Below are positions 18,416-28,150 of a DNA stretch of 64,000 nucleotides, in pieces. The notes under the pieces are model-generated. The model was not told the DNA's origin. It did not search any database and saw only the letters and a program-made list of their open reading frames with translations. Each line of letters starts with the position of its first letter. The first letter of the stretch is position 1. Source of the stretch: an uncultured Nitrososphaerota archaeon (GTDB taxonomy: Archaea; Thermoproteota; Nitrososphaeria; Nitrososphaerales; Gagatemarchaeaceae); assembly GCA_963703285.1 (NCBI GenBank), contig OY969807.1, forward strand, positions 672,001 through 736,000, in the 5' to 3' direction. The position numbers were made by a program, and so were the translations under genes.

Positions 18416-19435
18416 ATGAAGGCGGTCCTGATAGATTCGCCTGGACGGGTCTCCGTCGTCGAGATGGAGAAGCCTACGCCCGGGGAGGGGGAGGTACTCG
18501 TCAAACTCGCCTGCTGCGGCATCTGCGGGACCGACGTCGAGAAGGTCCACGGTGAGGGCATAACGACGAGGATCCTCGGCCACGAGGAGGTCGGAGAGGT
18601 CGCAGAGCTCGGACCCGGGGTGAAGGGCATCGCCGTCGGCGAGAGGGTGTTCGCGCACCACCACGTGGGCTGCGGGGCCTGCGCGCTCTGCAGGCGAGGC
18701 GAAGACACCCTGTGCGGCGAGTACTCCAGGCACAACCTCGTCCCTTGCGGGCTCGCCCAGTACTTCGTAGTTCCCCGTTTCAACGTGGAGCGGGGCGCCA
18801 TCCTCAAGCTGCCCGACTCGCTCGGTTTCGAGGAGGCGAGCTTCATAGAGCCTCTCGCTTGCTGCATCCGGGGACTCGACCTTGCTGGGGCCAAGGGCGC
18901 TTCCTCGGCGATGATCTACGGGGCCGGCCCCGTAGGGTTGACCCACATGAGGCTCCTGAAATCGTTCGGCGTAAAGAAGGTGGGAATCGCGGATGTCAGC
19001 GAGTACAGGATATCCCTCGCCGGGAGGATGGGCGCGGACGTGTCGTTCAATCCTGGCAGCGAGGAGGAACGGGCGCGGGCGCTGGAGGCCTTCGACGGTG
19101 GCCCGGAGGTCGTCGTCCTCGCCACGGGAAGCGGGGCGGCGCTGGAGGACGGCCTCAGGGTCGTCGCCAAGGGTGGCACGGTCCTCCTGTTCGGAGCGCC
19201 GCGAAGGGACTCCGTCGCGCGCCTCGAGATGGCGGCGTTCTTCCTGAACGGCACGAGGCTCGTCGCGAGCTACGCGTCCACCGAGAGGGAGACGGCGGCT
19301 GCGCTCGCGCTCCTCGTGGAGGGGAAGGTCCAGGTCTCGGACATGATCACCCACAGGTTCCCACTCGAGAGGAGCGCCGACGCGTTCGCCGTGGCCTCGG
19401 AGCAGCGATGCATGAAGGCGTTGATCACGAGCTGA
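18416..19435 (+). CDS. Zinc-dependent alcohol/polyol dehydrogenase (MDR family)
   Basis: CGICGTD, GHE, CGACALC...C, GAGPVG. Confidence 0.9.
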   Translation: MKAVLIDSPGRVSVVEMEKPTPGEGEVLVKLACCGICGTDVEKVHGEGITTRILGHEEVGEVAELGPGVKGIAVGERVFAHHHVGCGACALCRRGEDTLCGEYSRHNLVPCGLAQYFVVPRFNVERGAILKLPDSLGFEEASFIEPLACCIRGLDLAGAKGASSAMIYGAGPVGLTHMRLLKSFGVKKVGIADVSEYRISLAGRMGADVSFNPGSEEERARALEAFDGGPEVVVLATGSGAALEDGLRVVAKGGTVLLFGAPRRDSVARLEMAAFFLNGTRLVASYASTERETAAALALLVEGKVQVSDMITHRFPLERSADAFAVASEQRCMKALITS

Positions 19436-19487
19436 CCTCTCTCGAGACTGAGGCCGGCGGACAGACGCGGGGGGTTCGCGGCGCCCG

Positions 19488-20333
19488 ATGAAGGCGCGAG
19501 CGGTCGACCTCTCGCTCATCATACTGGTCTGCCTGATCTGGGCGGGGAGCTACTTCGTAATCAAGGCAATCCTCCCGTTCGTCGATCCGATCACCTTTGC
19601 GTTCCTGAGGGCGACGCTGAGCGGCATCTTCGTCTTCGCCATCGCGCGCTTCAGGACGGACGGGATGGGGCGCGTGGACGTTGCTTGGCTCGTAGCCCTC
19701 GGCCTCTTCAATGTCGCGCTCTTCCAGATTTTCCTGAACGTCAGCCTCGTGACGGCGAGCGCGGGGGTCGACTCGACTCTCGTTTACACCCAACCGGTCA
19801 TAGTTGTTGCGCTCGCACCCTTGATAGGAGAGGCGATGACGCGCAACAGGCTGATCGGGATCGGCGCGGCCTTCGCCGGGATCGTCGTGATCTTCCTTCC
19901 CAGCATCCTCTCATCGAACCTGGTCGTGGGCGACCTCTACGCCCTCCTGGCTTCGGTGTCGTGGGCCATCGCCATCATACTCTACAAACGGTGGAAGACC
20001 TCGCTGAACGTCAACACGATCACGGCGGTCCAGTCTCTGGTCGGCGGCGCTTTCATACTTCCCGCGGTCGCTTTCACTCACGTGTACCTGACCTTCAGCC
20101 CGCTGTTCCTCCTCCTCCTTCTGTACAGCGTCGTCCTCGCCAGCGGCCTGGCCTACGTGATCTTCTGGAAGGTCCTCTCCCGTATGCCCGCGGCGCAGTT
20201 CTCCTCGTACTTCTTCCTCGTGCCCGTCTTTACCGTGATAATGGCCTCGGTCTTCCAGCTGAGCGTGCCGCCATTGAACGAGATCGCCGGGACGGCGCTG
20301 GTGGCCCTTGGGATCGTCGCCGTCAACAGATGA
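19488..20333 (+). CDS. EamA/DMT family transporter
   Basis: About 10 TM, duplicated EamA domains. Confidence 0.85.
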   Translation: MKARAVDLSLIILVCLIWAGSYFVIKAILPFVDPITFAFLRATLSGIFVFAIARFRTDGMGRVDVAWLVALGLFNVALFQIFLNVSLVTASAGVDSTLVYTQPVIVVALAPLIGEAMTRNRLIGIGAAFAGIVVIFLPSILSSNLVVGDLYALLASVSWAIAIILYKRWKTSLNVNTITAVQSLVGGAFILPAVAFTHVYLTFSPLFLLLLLYSVVLASGLAYVIFWKVLSRMPAAQFSSYFFLVPVFTVIMASVFQLSVPPLNEIAGTALVALGIVAVNR

Positions 20334-20373
20334 CCGCTCTAGCTTATCTCCGCTGGCCGACGATGCTCTAGCC

Positions 20374-21393
20374 ATGGAGCGCCCCTCGCACCAGACCGAC
20401 TCGGGAGCCATGAGCATCCTTCCCGCGCTCAAGACATTCCCGACCAACGAAATCGCGATAATAGGGTGCCACGCTCAGAACATGAGCAGGAGGAGCTGCG
20501 AGTATGACCTGCTCGTAGTCAACCACGACCCCATCCCCCAGAAGTTCGTCAAGGTGGGCGAGGTGTACGCGAAGATAATCTTCAGGAACGAGAGGGACGT
20601 CAGGCAGCCCGACCTCGACCTCGGCCTGACCTTGGCGTCCGCCGTCCCCCTGAGGGATTCATCGCTCCTGCTCGCGGGTGCGTCATCGGACTGCAAACGC
20701 AGTTTCATAGCGAATTGCAAGAGGGGGGCGGAGGCCCGCCTGGCGTCGTCCCTGAAGTCGCTGGCCAGGGTCGAAGAGCTTCTCTCGGAGAAGGAGGCTG
20801 CGGAGGCCGACCTGTCCCTGCTCTCAGCGGCGAGGGACTTCGCACACGCCGAGCTGCTCGCCGAGGGGAAGATGCCCTCCCCCAGCCACGTCCTCGGCCA
20901 GGTGAAGGGGCTCCCAAAGAGGAGGCCCTCGACCTTCAAAGCCTGGGCGGACGCCTTTGGACTGGAGATGGCCTCGAGGGTCTCGTGTGAGAACAGGATG
21001 GAGGGGCTCTCGATCATCTACGACGCGATCAGGACGCAGGGCGGCGGGACCGAGGCGCCTTCTCTCTTCGGGCGTTACATGGAGAGCGAGGCGGTCCGGG
21101 TCATGGAGATGAAGGCGGGGGAGCTCCTCGATTCGATGCGATCGGCCGAGTGCTACTCGTACCTCGGACAGGAGGCGGTACAGGCGATGTTTGACCTCTA
21201 CCTCCTCCACGTCGGGAAGCTGTCCAAGGAAAAGGACTACTCGAGGGTCGTCCGCGAGCTCGCGGAGGGAGACGACCGTCTCATATCCCAGGAGGTGGTC
21301 AAGTCTCTTGGAATCGTCCGCGCGCCGGAGGTCACCGCCTCGGCCGCGACCGGCCTCAAGGCCGCGGTATCGTCTCTAGCCAAGAGAATATGA
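20374..21393 (+). CDS. Hypothetical protein, nucleotidyltransferase-like N-terminus plus helical (HEPN-like) region
   Basis: IAIIGCHAQ...SCEYDLLVV resembles the pol-beta NTase motif. Confidence 0.55.
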   Translation: MERPSHQTDSGAMSILPALKTFPTNEIAIIGCHAQNMSRRSCEYDLLVVNHDPIPQKFVKVGEVYAKIIFRNERDVRQPDLDLGLTLASAVPLRDSSLLLAGASSDCKRSFIANCKRGAEARLASSLKSLARVEELLSEKEAAEADLSLLSAARDFAHAELLAEGKMPSPSHVLGQVKGLPKRRPSTFKAWADAFGLEMASRVSCENRMEGLSIIYDAIRTQGGGTEAPSLFGRYMESEAVRVMEMKAGELLDSMRSAECYSYLGQEAVQAMFDLYLLHVGKLSKEKDYSRVVRELAEGDDRLISQEVVKSLGIVRAPEVTASAATGLKAAVSSLAKRI

Positions 21394-21618
21394 GATGACG
21401 ACGGGATTGCGGTTCAAGCGGTTTCGAGATGTGTTTTGCTAAACTCAATATAGTTCAATGGACGGCAATATTCCGTCGGCGTCCGAGATAGTGGGAACAT
21501 TGCCCTGCGCGCCGAAGCGCTCGAAAAGTGCAATTTTTACAGTACGTAGAACAATATTCCTGTATTATGATATATATGCTTAAAGACAAGCTGTTTCATC
21601 ATATCCACAAGAAAGAAG

Positions 21619-21801
21619 TTGAGCACAACGTACCCGGAGGCAGGAGCGAGCAAGATTGTCTCTTGCAACTTCTGCAGCAAGCTCTTGGGTAGGGAGTACT
21701 ACTTCACGTGCCACATCTGTGGAGCCACGTACTGTTACATCCACATGACAAAACATTCGCGGGCCCACAAGCCAACGATCCCTGTCGCCTATACCAGCTG
21801 A
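21619..21801 (+). CDS. Small AN1-like zinc-finger protein
   Basis: CNFC...CHICGATYCYIH...H; AT-rich promoter upstream. Confidence 0.7.
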   Translation: MSTTYPEAGASKIVSCNFCSKLLGREYYFTCHICGATYCYIHMTKHSRAHKPTIPVAYTS

Positions 21802-21807
21802 CCCCGA

Positions 21808-22317
21808 CTACTTCCGCATCTCCTTGGCGGCAGACCTCACCGAGGTGATGATATTCTGGTAGCCGGTGCACCTGCACAGGTTCCCCGACAGCCCCAGCTT
21901 GATCTCGTCGTCGGTGGGGTCCGGGTTCTCCTTCAGCAGCCAGACGGCCTGCATGATCATGCCCGGCGTGCAGAAGCCGCACTGGAGCCCGTGGTTGTCC
22001 CAGAAGGCCTGCTGGATCGGGTGAAGCTTGCCGTCCTTGGCCAGCCCCTCGATGGTCTCGATGCGTGCCCCGTCCGCCTGGACAGCGAGCATCGTGCAGG
22101 ACTTCACGGACTTGCCGTCCAGCAACACCGTGCAGGACCCGCAGTTCGATGTGTCGCACCCCACGTGGGTCCCCGTCAGCCCTACGACGTCGCGGATGAA
22201 GTGGACGAGCAGGAGCCTCGGCTCGACGTCCCGTACGTAGTCGACGCCGTTGATGTTGACCCTGACCTCCATGGTGCTGGGGCCTTGGCTCTTGGCCCTC
22301 GTGGACGACCGGGCCAT
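21808..22317 (-). CDS. coxS: Molybdenum hydroxylase / CO dehydrogenase-type small (2Fe-2S) subunit
   Basis: [29 protein letters not shown]. Confidence 0.9.
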   Translation of the reverse strand: MARSSTRAKSQGPSTMEVRVNINGVDYVRDVEPRLLLVHFIRDVVGLTGTHVGCDTSNCGSCTVLLDGKSVKSCTMLAVQADGARIETIEGLAKDGKLHPIQQAFWDNHGLQCGFCTPGMIMQAVWLLKENPDPTDDEIKLGLSGNLCRCTGYQNIITSVRSAAKEMRK

Positions 22318-23198
22318 CAGCGCCTGCCTCCCTTGAGCCTGCTCGAGGCCAGAACCAGGCCACGCCCCGTGTAGACCTTGGCCATCGCCCTCTTGTAGTC
22401 CGCGGACCCCCTCAGCGGGTCGTCGGTTGGCTTCGAGTCCTCGGCCGCGGCCTCGGAGGCCTCCTCGATGACCCTGGCGGTAAGCGGCCTTCCGAGGAGC
22501 GCTGCCTCGGCCTTGGCGGCTCTCAGGTTCTTGTTCCCGAGCGCCGTCAGCCCTATCCCCGCGTACGAGCAGGCGCCCTTGGAGTCGACAGTAATCTGAA
22601 CTCCCACGGCCGCCGTCGGAAAGTCGCCGGTCTTCCTCTTCAGCTTGACGTAGGCCCCTGCGCTCCCTGGCGGGGGGACGGGAAGGGTCACCTGTGTGAG
22701 CAGCTCCGTGGGCTTCAGCGCTGAGGTGAAGGTGTCTACCAAGAAGTCGTCGATCTTCATCGTCCGTTCCTTCGAAGGTCCGCGAATTGTGACGACGCCC
22801 CTGACCGCCAGGATGGCGGCACCCCAGTCCCCGCTGGGGTCGCTGTGCGAGAGGGAGCCCCCAATCGTCCCCATGTTCCTGACCTGGGGGTCACCTATCG
22901 TCCCGGCGCACTCGGAGAGCATGAGCGCCTTCTCCCGTATCAGCTTGGAGGTCTGGATCTCGTAGTGCCTGGCGAGGGCGCCCATGACGATGTTACCGTG
23001 CGACTGCTTGATCGAATCCAACCCCCGAATCCTATTGATGTCGACCACGTACTCGGGAGACCCCAGCCTCAGCTTCATGATGGGTAGGAGACTCATCCCC
23101 CCCGCGAGGACCTTCGCTTTGGAGCCGTACTTCTTTAGGAGGGCACTCGCCTCGGGGATCGACGTAGGTGCAAAGTACTCGAACTTGCGAGGAACCAT
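22317..23198 (-). CDS. coxM: Molybdenum hydroxylase medium (FAD) subunit
   Basis: [35 protein letters not shown]. Confidence 0.9.
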   Translation of the reverse strand: MVPRKFEYFAPTSIPEASALLKKYGSKAKVLAGGMSLLPIMKLRLGSPEYVVDINRIRGLDSIKQSHGNIVMGALARHYEIQTSKLIREKALMLSECAGTIGDPQVRNMGTIGGSLSHSDPSGDWGAAILAVRGVVTIRGPSKERTMKIDDFLVDTFTSALKPTELLTQVTLPVPPPGSAGAYVKLKRKTGDFPTAAVGVQITVDSKGACSYAGIGLTALGNKNLRAAKAEAALLGRPLTARVIEEASEAAAEDSKPTDDPLRGSADYKRAMAKVYTGRGLVLASSRLKGGRR

Positions 23199-23249
23199 GT
23201 CGCTTGGCCGGAGGACCGATTTTTTGTAGATAAAGGTTCTGCTGAACAG

Positions 23250-24113
23250 CTACTCCTTCGGCCTGTTGGACAGCTCGCCCACGAGTGGTTTGTGCGGCAT
23301 GTGCTTGTTGTGCTTCGTCGCCGTCACGTCGGTCATTATGCTGAGGGCTATCTCCTCCGCCGAGACTGCGCCGATGTCGACCCCGATGGGGGCGTGGATC
23401 GACTCGAGGAAGGACTGCGGCACTCCCCTCTTCCTAAGCTCTTCGATGTCATCGGCGGTCCTCTGCCTGCTCGCGACCAGCCCCACGAACCTCACGCCCT
23501 TCCCCGATAGAACCTCGAACGTCTTGACGTCCCTCTCGCCCTTGGTCAGGAGCACGACCGAGTCGGTGGGGGAGAACGGGAAGGAGTTCAGGTCGTAGTC
23601 GAGGTCGGTTATCAGCGTGTCGGGTTCCTCCTCGAGCACGGGCAGGTGGTCTATGACAATCGTCTCGTAGCCCAGGATCTTGCCGAACCGGACGAGGCCC
23701 TCCTCGATGTCGTCCTTCCCACCCTGGCCTATGATGACGAGGCGGTCCGTGGGGAGGTACGGGTCCACGTATATCTCCATCATCCCACCGCACTTCGTCT
23801 CGACATAAATCTCATCCGGGTTCTTGTTTGTGAGCGTCCCATCGAGGGCGTTCCTCGCGTCCTCCAAGTAGACCTTGACCACCCTAGCCTTCCCCGTTCG
23901 CAGCGCCTCGATCGCTATGGTCGCAATCACAGACTCGGGGCAGACCCCGCCCACGGTCCCGAAGACGATCCTCCCCTCCTTCGAGACGATCGCCTTGAAG
24001 CCCGGCTTGCCGATGGTCGAGCCATGCACTCGGACGACGGTCGCCATCACGAACGGCTCTCTCCTCTCGGCCAAGCCGTCCATGTAGCGCGTGAGGTCCC
24101 CTATCTTGGGCAT
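23250..24113 (-). CDS. XdhC/CoxI family Moco-insertion chaperone
   Basis: ATVVRVHGS, GTVGGVCPE, CGG, APIGVDIGA...EEIALSI. Confidence 0.88.
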   Translation of the reverse strand: MPKIGDLTRYMDGLAERREPFVMATVVRVHGSTIGKPGFKAIVSKEGRIVFGTVGGVCPESVIATIAIEALRTGKARVVKVYLEDARNALDGTLTNKNPDEIYVETKCGGMMEIYVDPYLPTDRLVIIGQGGKDDIEEGLVRFGKILGYETIVIDHLPVLEEEPDTLITDLDYDLNSFPFSPTDSVVLLTKGERDVKTFEVLSGKGVRFVGLVASRQRTADDIEELRKRGVPQSFLESIHAPIGVDIGAVSAEEIALSIMTDVTATKHNKHMPHKPLVGELSNRPKE

Positions 24114-24319
24114 CTGGACTGAAATGGCCTCGGGAGTTATTTATCCTTGCCTAGCTTTCCACGGCTGTGAGGAGCTGTTCGATCTCTACCTCTGGGGAAA
24201 GGTGAAGACGCACTTGTCGAGGGGGTCCGTCTCCTAGGCAAACGTCACCCTCGGCGAGCCTTACCCAGTCGAAGTATCGAGGCCGGGCTGCGCCTTCCAT
24301 GAAGTGGGGACGGCCGGAC

Positions 24320-25432
24320 CTACTTCAGGACATCCTCGAGTGCGTCGAGCGTCGCTGAGACGAAGGAACGCTTGGCCCCGTATCCCATCGTCCCTATCCG
24401 CAGCACCCGTCCCTTGAGCTCCTTGTACCCTCCGCCTATTAGGATGCGATGCTTCTTGACCATGGCGTTGATGACCTCGGTATCGGTCCTGCCGCTAGGC
24501 ACATGGAAGGCGGTGACCGTCGGGGAGCAATCCTGCTCGCGCAACGGCCAGAGGCCCAGACCAAGCCTCTTGATGCCGTCTCTGCAGTACCGTGCTGCGT
24601 CGGCGTGTCGCGCTAGGCACGCCTCCATGCCCTCCTCGAGGATCTCGCCGAGCGCGGCGTTGAAGGCGTAGACGTCGTTTGTGAAGGGGGTAAAGGGGAA
24701 CCTGCGAGACGCGAGCCAGGTGTCCTTCCAGTCGAGCAGAGATAGGTACGAGTTCCTCACCGGGCTCTTCTTCCCCTCGACCCTCTCCCACCCGAACTGG
24801 CTGACCGCCATCGGGGTGAGGGAGGCCGGCGCGCCTATGCACTTCTGGGAGGCGGAGATGGCGATGTCGACCCCCCACTCGACCGGCCTGAACTCGGCGC
24901 CGCCGAGGGTCGCCACGCAGTCGACGATGGTGAGCATCCCGAGCTTCTTCGCCTCCCTGCAGATGGGCTCTACCGAGTTCAAGAGCCCCGAGGGCGTCTC
25001 GCAGTGCACGAGCGTCATGGCGACCGCGCCTTCATTCTCGCGCAGGAAGGCCCTCGCCGCGTCGGGGTCGAGTCCCACGTTCGGTTCCTGGTGGAAGTAA
25101 ACCGGGGTCGCGCCGGCGTTCGAGACGTACTCCCCGAACCAGCGCCCAAAGGGGCCATTCTCGAAGACCAGCACCTTGTCGCCCGGGTTCACCGTGCACG
25201 CAACCGAGGCCTCGAGCCCGAGAACTCCCTCGCCCTGAAGGATCAGGACGTTCTCCTTCTTGGTGCCGAAGACCTTCGACAGCTTGTCGGTGGTCGAATC
25301 GAACAATTCGATGAACTTCGGATAGTAGTGATGCACGCTGGGCTGCGCCAGAGCCGAGAGGACCCGCGGAGAGACCTCGACAGGACCCGGCGTCATCATG
25401 AAGTCTATCCCTTCCCTGGCGGAGTTCCACAA
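24320..25432 (-). CDS. Class V aminotransferase, pyridoxamine-pyruvate transaminase-like
   Basis: MTPGP, LQGEGVLGLEA, HCETPSG, SQKCIGAP, WKDTW...FPFTP. Confidence 0.8.
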   Translation of the reverse strand: MWNSAREGIDFMMTPGPVEVSPRVLSALAQPSVHHYYPKFIELFDSTTDKLSKVFGTKKENVLILQGEGVLGLEASVACTVNPGDKVLVFENGPFGRWFGEYVSNAGATPVYFHQEPNVGLDPDAARAFLRENEGAVAMTLVHCETPSGLLNSVEPICREAKKLGMLTIVDCVATLGGAEFRPVEWGVDIAISASQKCIGAPASLTPMAVSQFGWERVEGKKSPVRNSYLSLLDWKDTWLASRRFPFTPFTNDVYAFNAALGEILEEGMEACLARHADAARYCRDGIKRLGLGLWPLREQDCSPTVTAFHVPSGRTDTEVINAMVKKHRILIGGGYKELKGRVLRIGTMGYGAKRSFVSATLDALEDVLK

Positions 25433-25508
25433 GTCGGCTCCTCACCTGCACGTTTCCCGATTTATGTCTTGAATTAGCTCAAATAGAGCACCGGAGGCCC
25501 GGCACGGC

Positions 25509-26156
25509 ATGGGAGGGATCAGCCAGGGTCGCGCGAGCGATGACTCGATGAACGCAACGGCGACGGGGTTCGTCTCCGCAATCGTCTTGGCGGCGGGCCT
25601 CTCGAGCAGGTTCGGCAGGCCCAAGCAGCTCGCCATGCTCGAGGGAAAGTCCTTGGTGAGGAGGGCGGCCGAGGCGCTCGTCTCAGCCGGGCTGGGTGAG
25701 GTCATCGTGGTGGTTGGCCACAGGGCCGCCGAGGTCGCCAGGGAGCTGGGCGGCATGGACACGAGGATCGTCTTCAACAAGAACTACAGGGCTGGGATGG
25801 GGTCCTCCCTCAAGGCGGGTCTGGCGAAGGTGCGCCCGGAGAGCCGGGCGGTCCTGGTCGTCCTCGCGGACCAGCCGTTCATCACGACCAGGCTGATACG
25901 CAGGATACTCTTGGTTCATCGACGAACGGGCTCGGACGTCGTTGCATCGTCCTCGGCCGGTGTGGTCAGCCCTCCCGTCCTTTTCAGCAGCAGCCTCTAT
26001 GGCGAGCTCGCTATGATCCGGGACGGCGCGGGCGCCCGGGCCGTCATCGAGGACCATCCGGGCCACCAGGTGGTGAATGTGAGGGCGAGGACGCTCTTCG
26101 ACATCGATACCGAGAGCGACCTGGCGAGAGCTCGAAGGGCGCTTCGACCGGGGTAG
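25509..26156 (+). CDS. mocA: Molybdenum cofactor cytidylyltransferase-like NTP transferase
   Basis: LAAGLSSRFGRPKQL, GMGSSL, LADQP, DIDT. Confidence 0.8.
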   Translation: MGGISQGRASDDSMNATATGFVSAIVLAAGLSSRFGRPKQLAMLEGKSLVRRAAEALVSAGLGEVIVVVGHRAAEVARELGGMDTRIVFNKNYRAGMGSSLKAGLAKVRPESRAVLVVLADQPFITTRLIRRILLVHRRTGSDVVASSSAGVVSPPVLFSSSLYGELAMIRDGAGARAVIEDHPGHQVVNVRARTLFDIDTESDLARARRALRPG

Positions 26157-26157
26157 G

Positions 26158-27418
26158 TCAGACGAGCGAGGAAAGGCCAGGAAGGAGATGGAGCCTCACC
26201 CGCTCTCCCTTCTCAAGGCGCACCACGGGTTCCCCGGCGAGGACGAACCCGTCGCTCTGAGTCAGGAAAGTGATCTTCTCCGTCTCCCCGCTCGAAGCCT
26301 CGACCGTCACCTCAGGACCGGCCGTGTTCGCCTTCACGTAAACCACCTTCGTGAAGTCTCGATAGCGGTTCCCTGCGTCCCAGGCGTTGCCCATCCTGGC
26401 GGGTATCGAAGGGGGAAGCTCGAACCCCCGCCCTTGTAGCGCCCTGATCATCGGGTACCCCACCATCGTGAAAGCGTTGACGGCGCCCTGTATTGGTCCC
26501 GGCAGGATCAGGACGACCTTCCCCCTCGCCACTCCGAATCCCATGACGCGCCCCCTGTGCACCTTCATCCCGTGGACCAGCACGCCCGGCTTGCCCGACC
26601 TGTTTATCGCCTCCCCGGTGAGGTCGGACTCGCTCACGGAGGAACCCGCCACGGTGAGCACGACGTCGGCGATGGCCAGCGCCTTCTTGATGGACCTGGA
26701 TATCTCACCCGGGTCGTCCCGGGCGATGGGGAACCTCACAGGGACGCCCCCCGCCCCCTCTATCAGCCGCGAGAGGAGGAAGCTGTGCGACTCCGGTATC
26801 TTCCCCGGTTCCGTGCCGCTGATTCGGTCGCTCAGCTCGTTCCCCGTGGGAATGATGGCCACCTTCGGCCTCGCGTAGGCCCTGACCCTGCCGATGTGCA
26901 TCGAGCCCAGGAGGACCTGGTCCGTCCCCCTGAGGACGCGGCCCGCAGGCAGGACCGTCTCGCCCTTCTTCACGTCCCTTCCTCTCGGGTAGACGTGCTG
27001 CCCGGTCTCGGCGGGGCCGGAGACCCGCACGCGCCCAGAGGCCACACTCACCTTCTCGGACTGGAGGACCGAGTCGGCTCCCCTGGGCATGAAGCCGCCC
27101 GTCGGGATCGAATGGGCCTCCCCGCTCCTCAACGTCCTGTGGGGCAGGGCGCCTGAGCGCGCTCCCCTTCACCAACTTCAGGGACACGGGCTTTATCGCC
27201 GTCGCGAGGGCCACGTCGGAAGCGCGTATGGCGAATCCGTCCATGTGCGAACTATCCCTGGCTGGTATGTCGACCCTCGAGACGACGGCTTCGCAGAGTA
27301 CACGCCCGAGCGAGGCCCCGATCGAGACGGCCTCCCGGCGGGGGACCACCTTTGCGTTGCGCCTCAGCACGTCGAGTGCATCGGCGAGGGATGTGTAGTC
27401 TGTGAACTCTCGTGCCAG
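26158..27418 (-). CDS. moeA: Molybdopterin molybdenumtransferase with a single-base frameshift near 27155; probable CTG start
   Basis: SHMDGFA in the N-terminal frame; IPTGGFMPRGADSV, TGNEL, LPG in the C-terminal frame. Confidence 0.8.
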
Positions 27419-27433
27419 GTGGCAGACTCTCCG

Positions 27434-27892
27434 TTAGCGGGACCGGCGTCTCTTTGCCTTGCCTTCGCCGATCGCCCTACCCTCAGCCCACTTCTCCCCT
27501 CCCCCGGTGAGGTGCTCCTTCTTCCAGATGGGGACCTCCCGCTTTATCTGCTCGATTCCCAGCCTGCAGGCTGCGAAGGCCTCGGCCCTGTTGGGCGCGG
27601 AGGCTACCACGACCACGCTCACCTCGCCCACGCCGAGCTCCCCTATCCTGTGCTGCATGGCGACCTTTCCCACCTTGAGGGAACGCTTGACCTTCTTCTC
27701 GACCTCCAGCATCCTCTTCTCCGCCATCGGCACGTACGCCTCGTAGAGCATCCTGTCGACCTTGCCTGCGTCGCTCGTGTTCCTGACCGTCCCGATGAAG
27801 ACCACGGTGCCGCCCATCTTCGGGTCCCGGGTCTCTGCCAGGAGCGACTCCAGGTCTATCGTGGTGTCCTTGATCCTTCCGGAGGGCTTCAA
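27434..27892 (-). CDS. moaE: Molybdopterin synthase catalytic subunit
   Basis: FIGTVR, YEAYVPMA, HRIGEL, VPIWKKE. Confidence 0.92.
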   Translation of the reverse strand: MKPSGRIKDTTIDLESLLAETRDPKMGGTVVFIGTVRNTSDAGKVDRMLYEAYVPMAEKRMLEVEKKVKRSLKVGKVAMQHRIGELGVGEVSVVVVASAPNRAEAFAACRLGIEQIKREVPIWKKEHLTGGGEKWAEGRAIGEGKAKRRRSR

Positions 27893-28146
27893 GACCGGCC
27901 ACCTGCGACAGGGGGCAGAATCGCCACGTCGTCGCCGTCGTGCAGCGTCTGGTCGGGCTCGGCCATCTCCTCGTTGACGGCGACCTTCACTATGCGCCTT
28001 ATTTCGCCCATCCTCTCGTGAGCTGTGGAGACCTGGTTCATCAGGTCGGACACCGATGCGCCGTCTGGGAACGATAGCCGCTCCTCCCGAATCCCGGCCG
28101 CGTCCCTCGCCTGTCCGAAGTAGAGGAGCTTCACGTGGATGGACAA
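27889..28146 (-). CDS. moaD: MoaD/SAMP ubiquitin-like sulfur carrier with 2-residue extension after GG
   Basis: VKLLYFGQARDAAG...VAVNEE...DVAILPPVAGGRS*. Confidence 0.85.
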   Translation of the reverse strand: MSIHVKLLYFGQARDAAGIREERLSFPDGASVSDLMNQVSTAHERMGEIRRIVKVAVNEEMAEPDQTLHDGDDVAILPPVAGGRS

Positions 28147-28150
28147 GCAG

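Noticed and set aside
21808-23198. Calling the locus an aerobic CO dehydrogenase
   Set aside because: The diagnostic large subunit is absent from the window; M and S subunits do not define the substrate.
24151-24300. 49-aa minus-strand ORF (MEGAARPRYFDW...) between the aminotransferase and xdhC
   Set aside because: No recognisable motif; cannot be distinguished from a chance ORF.
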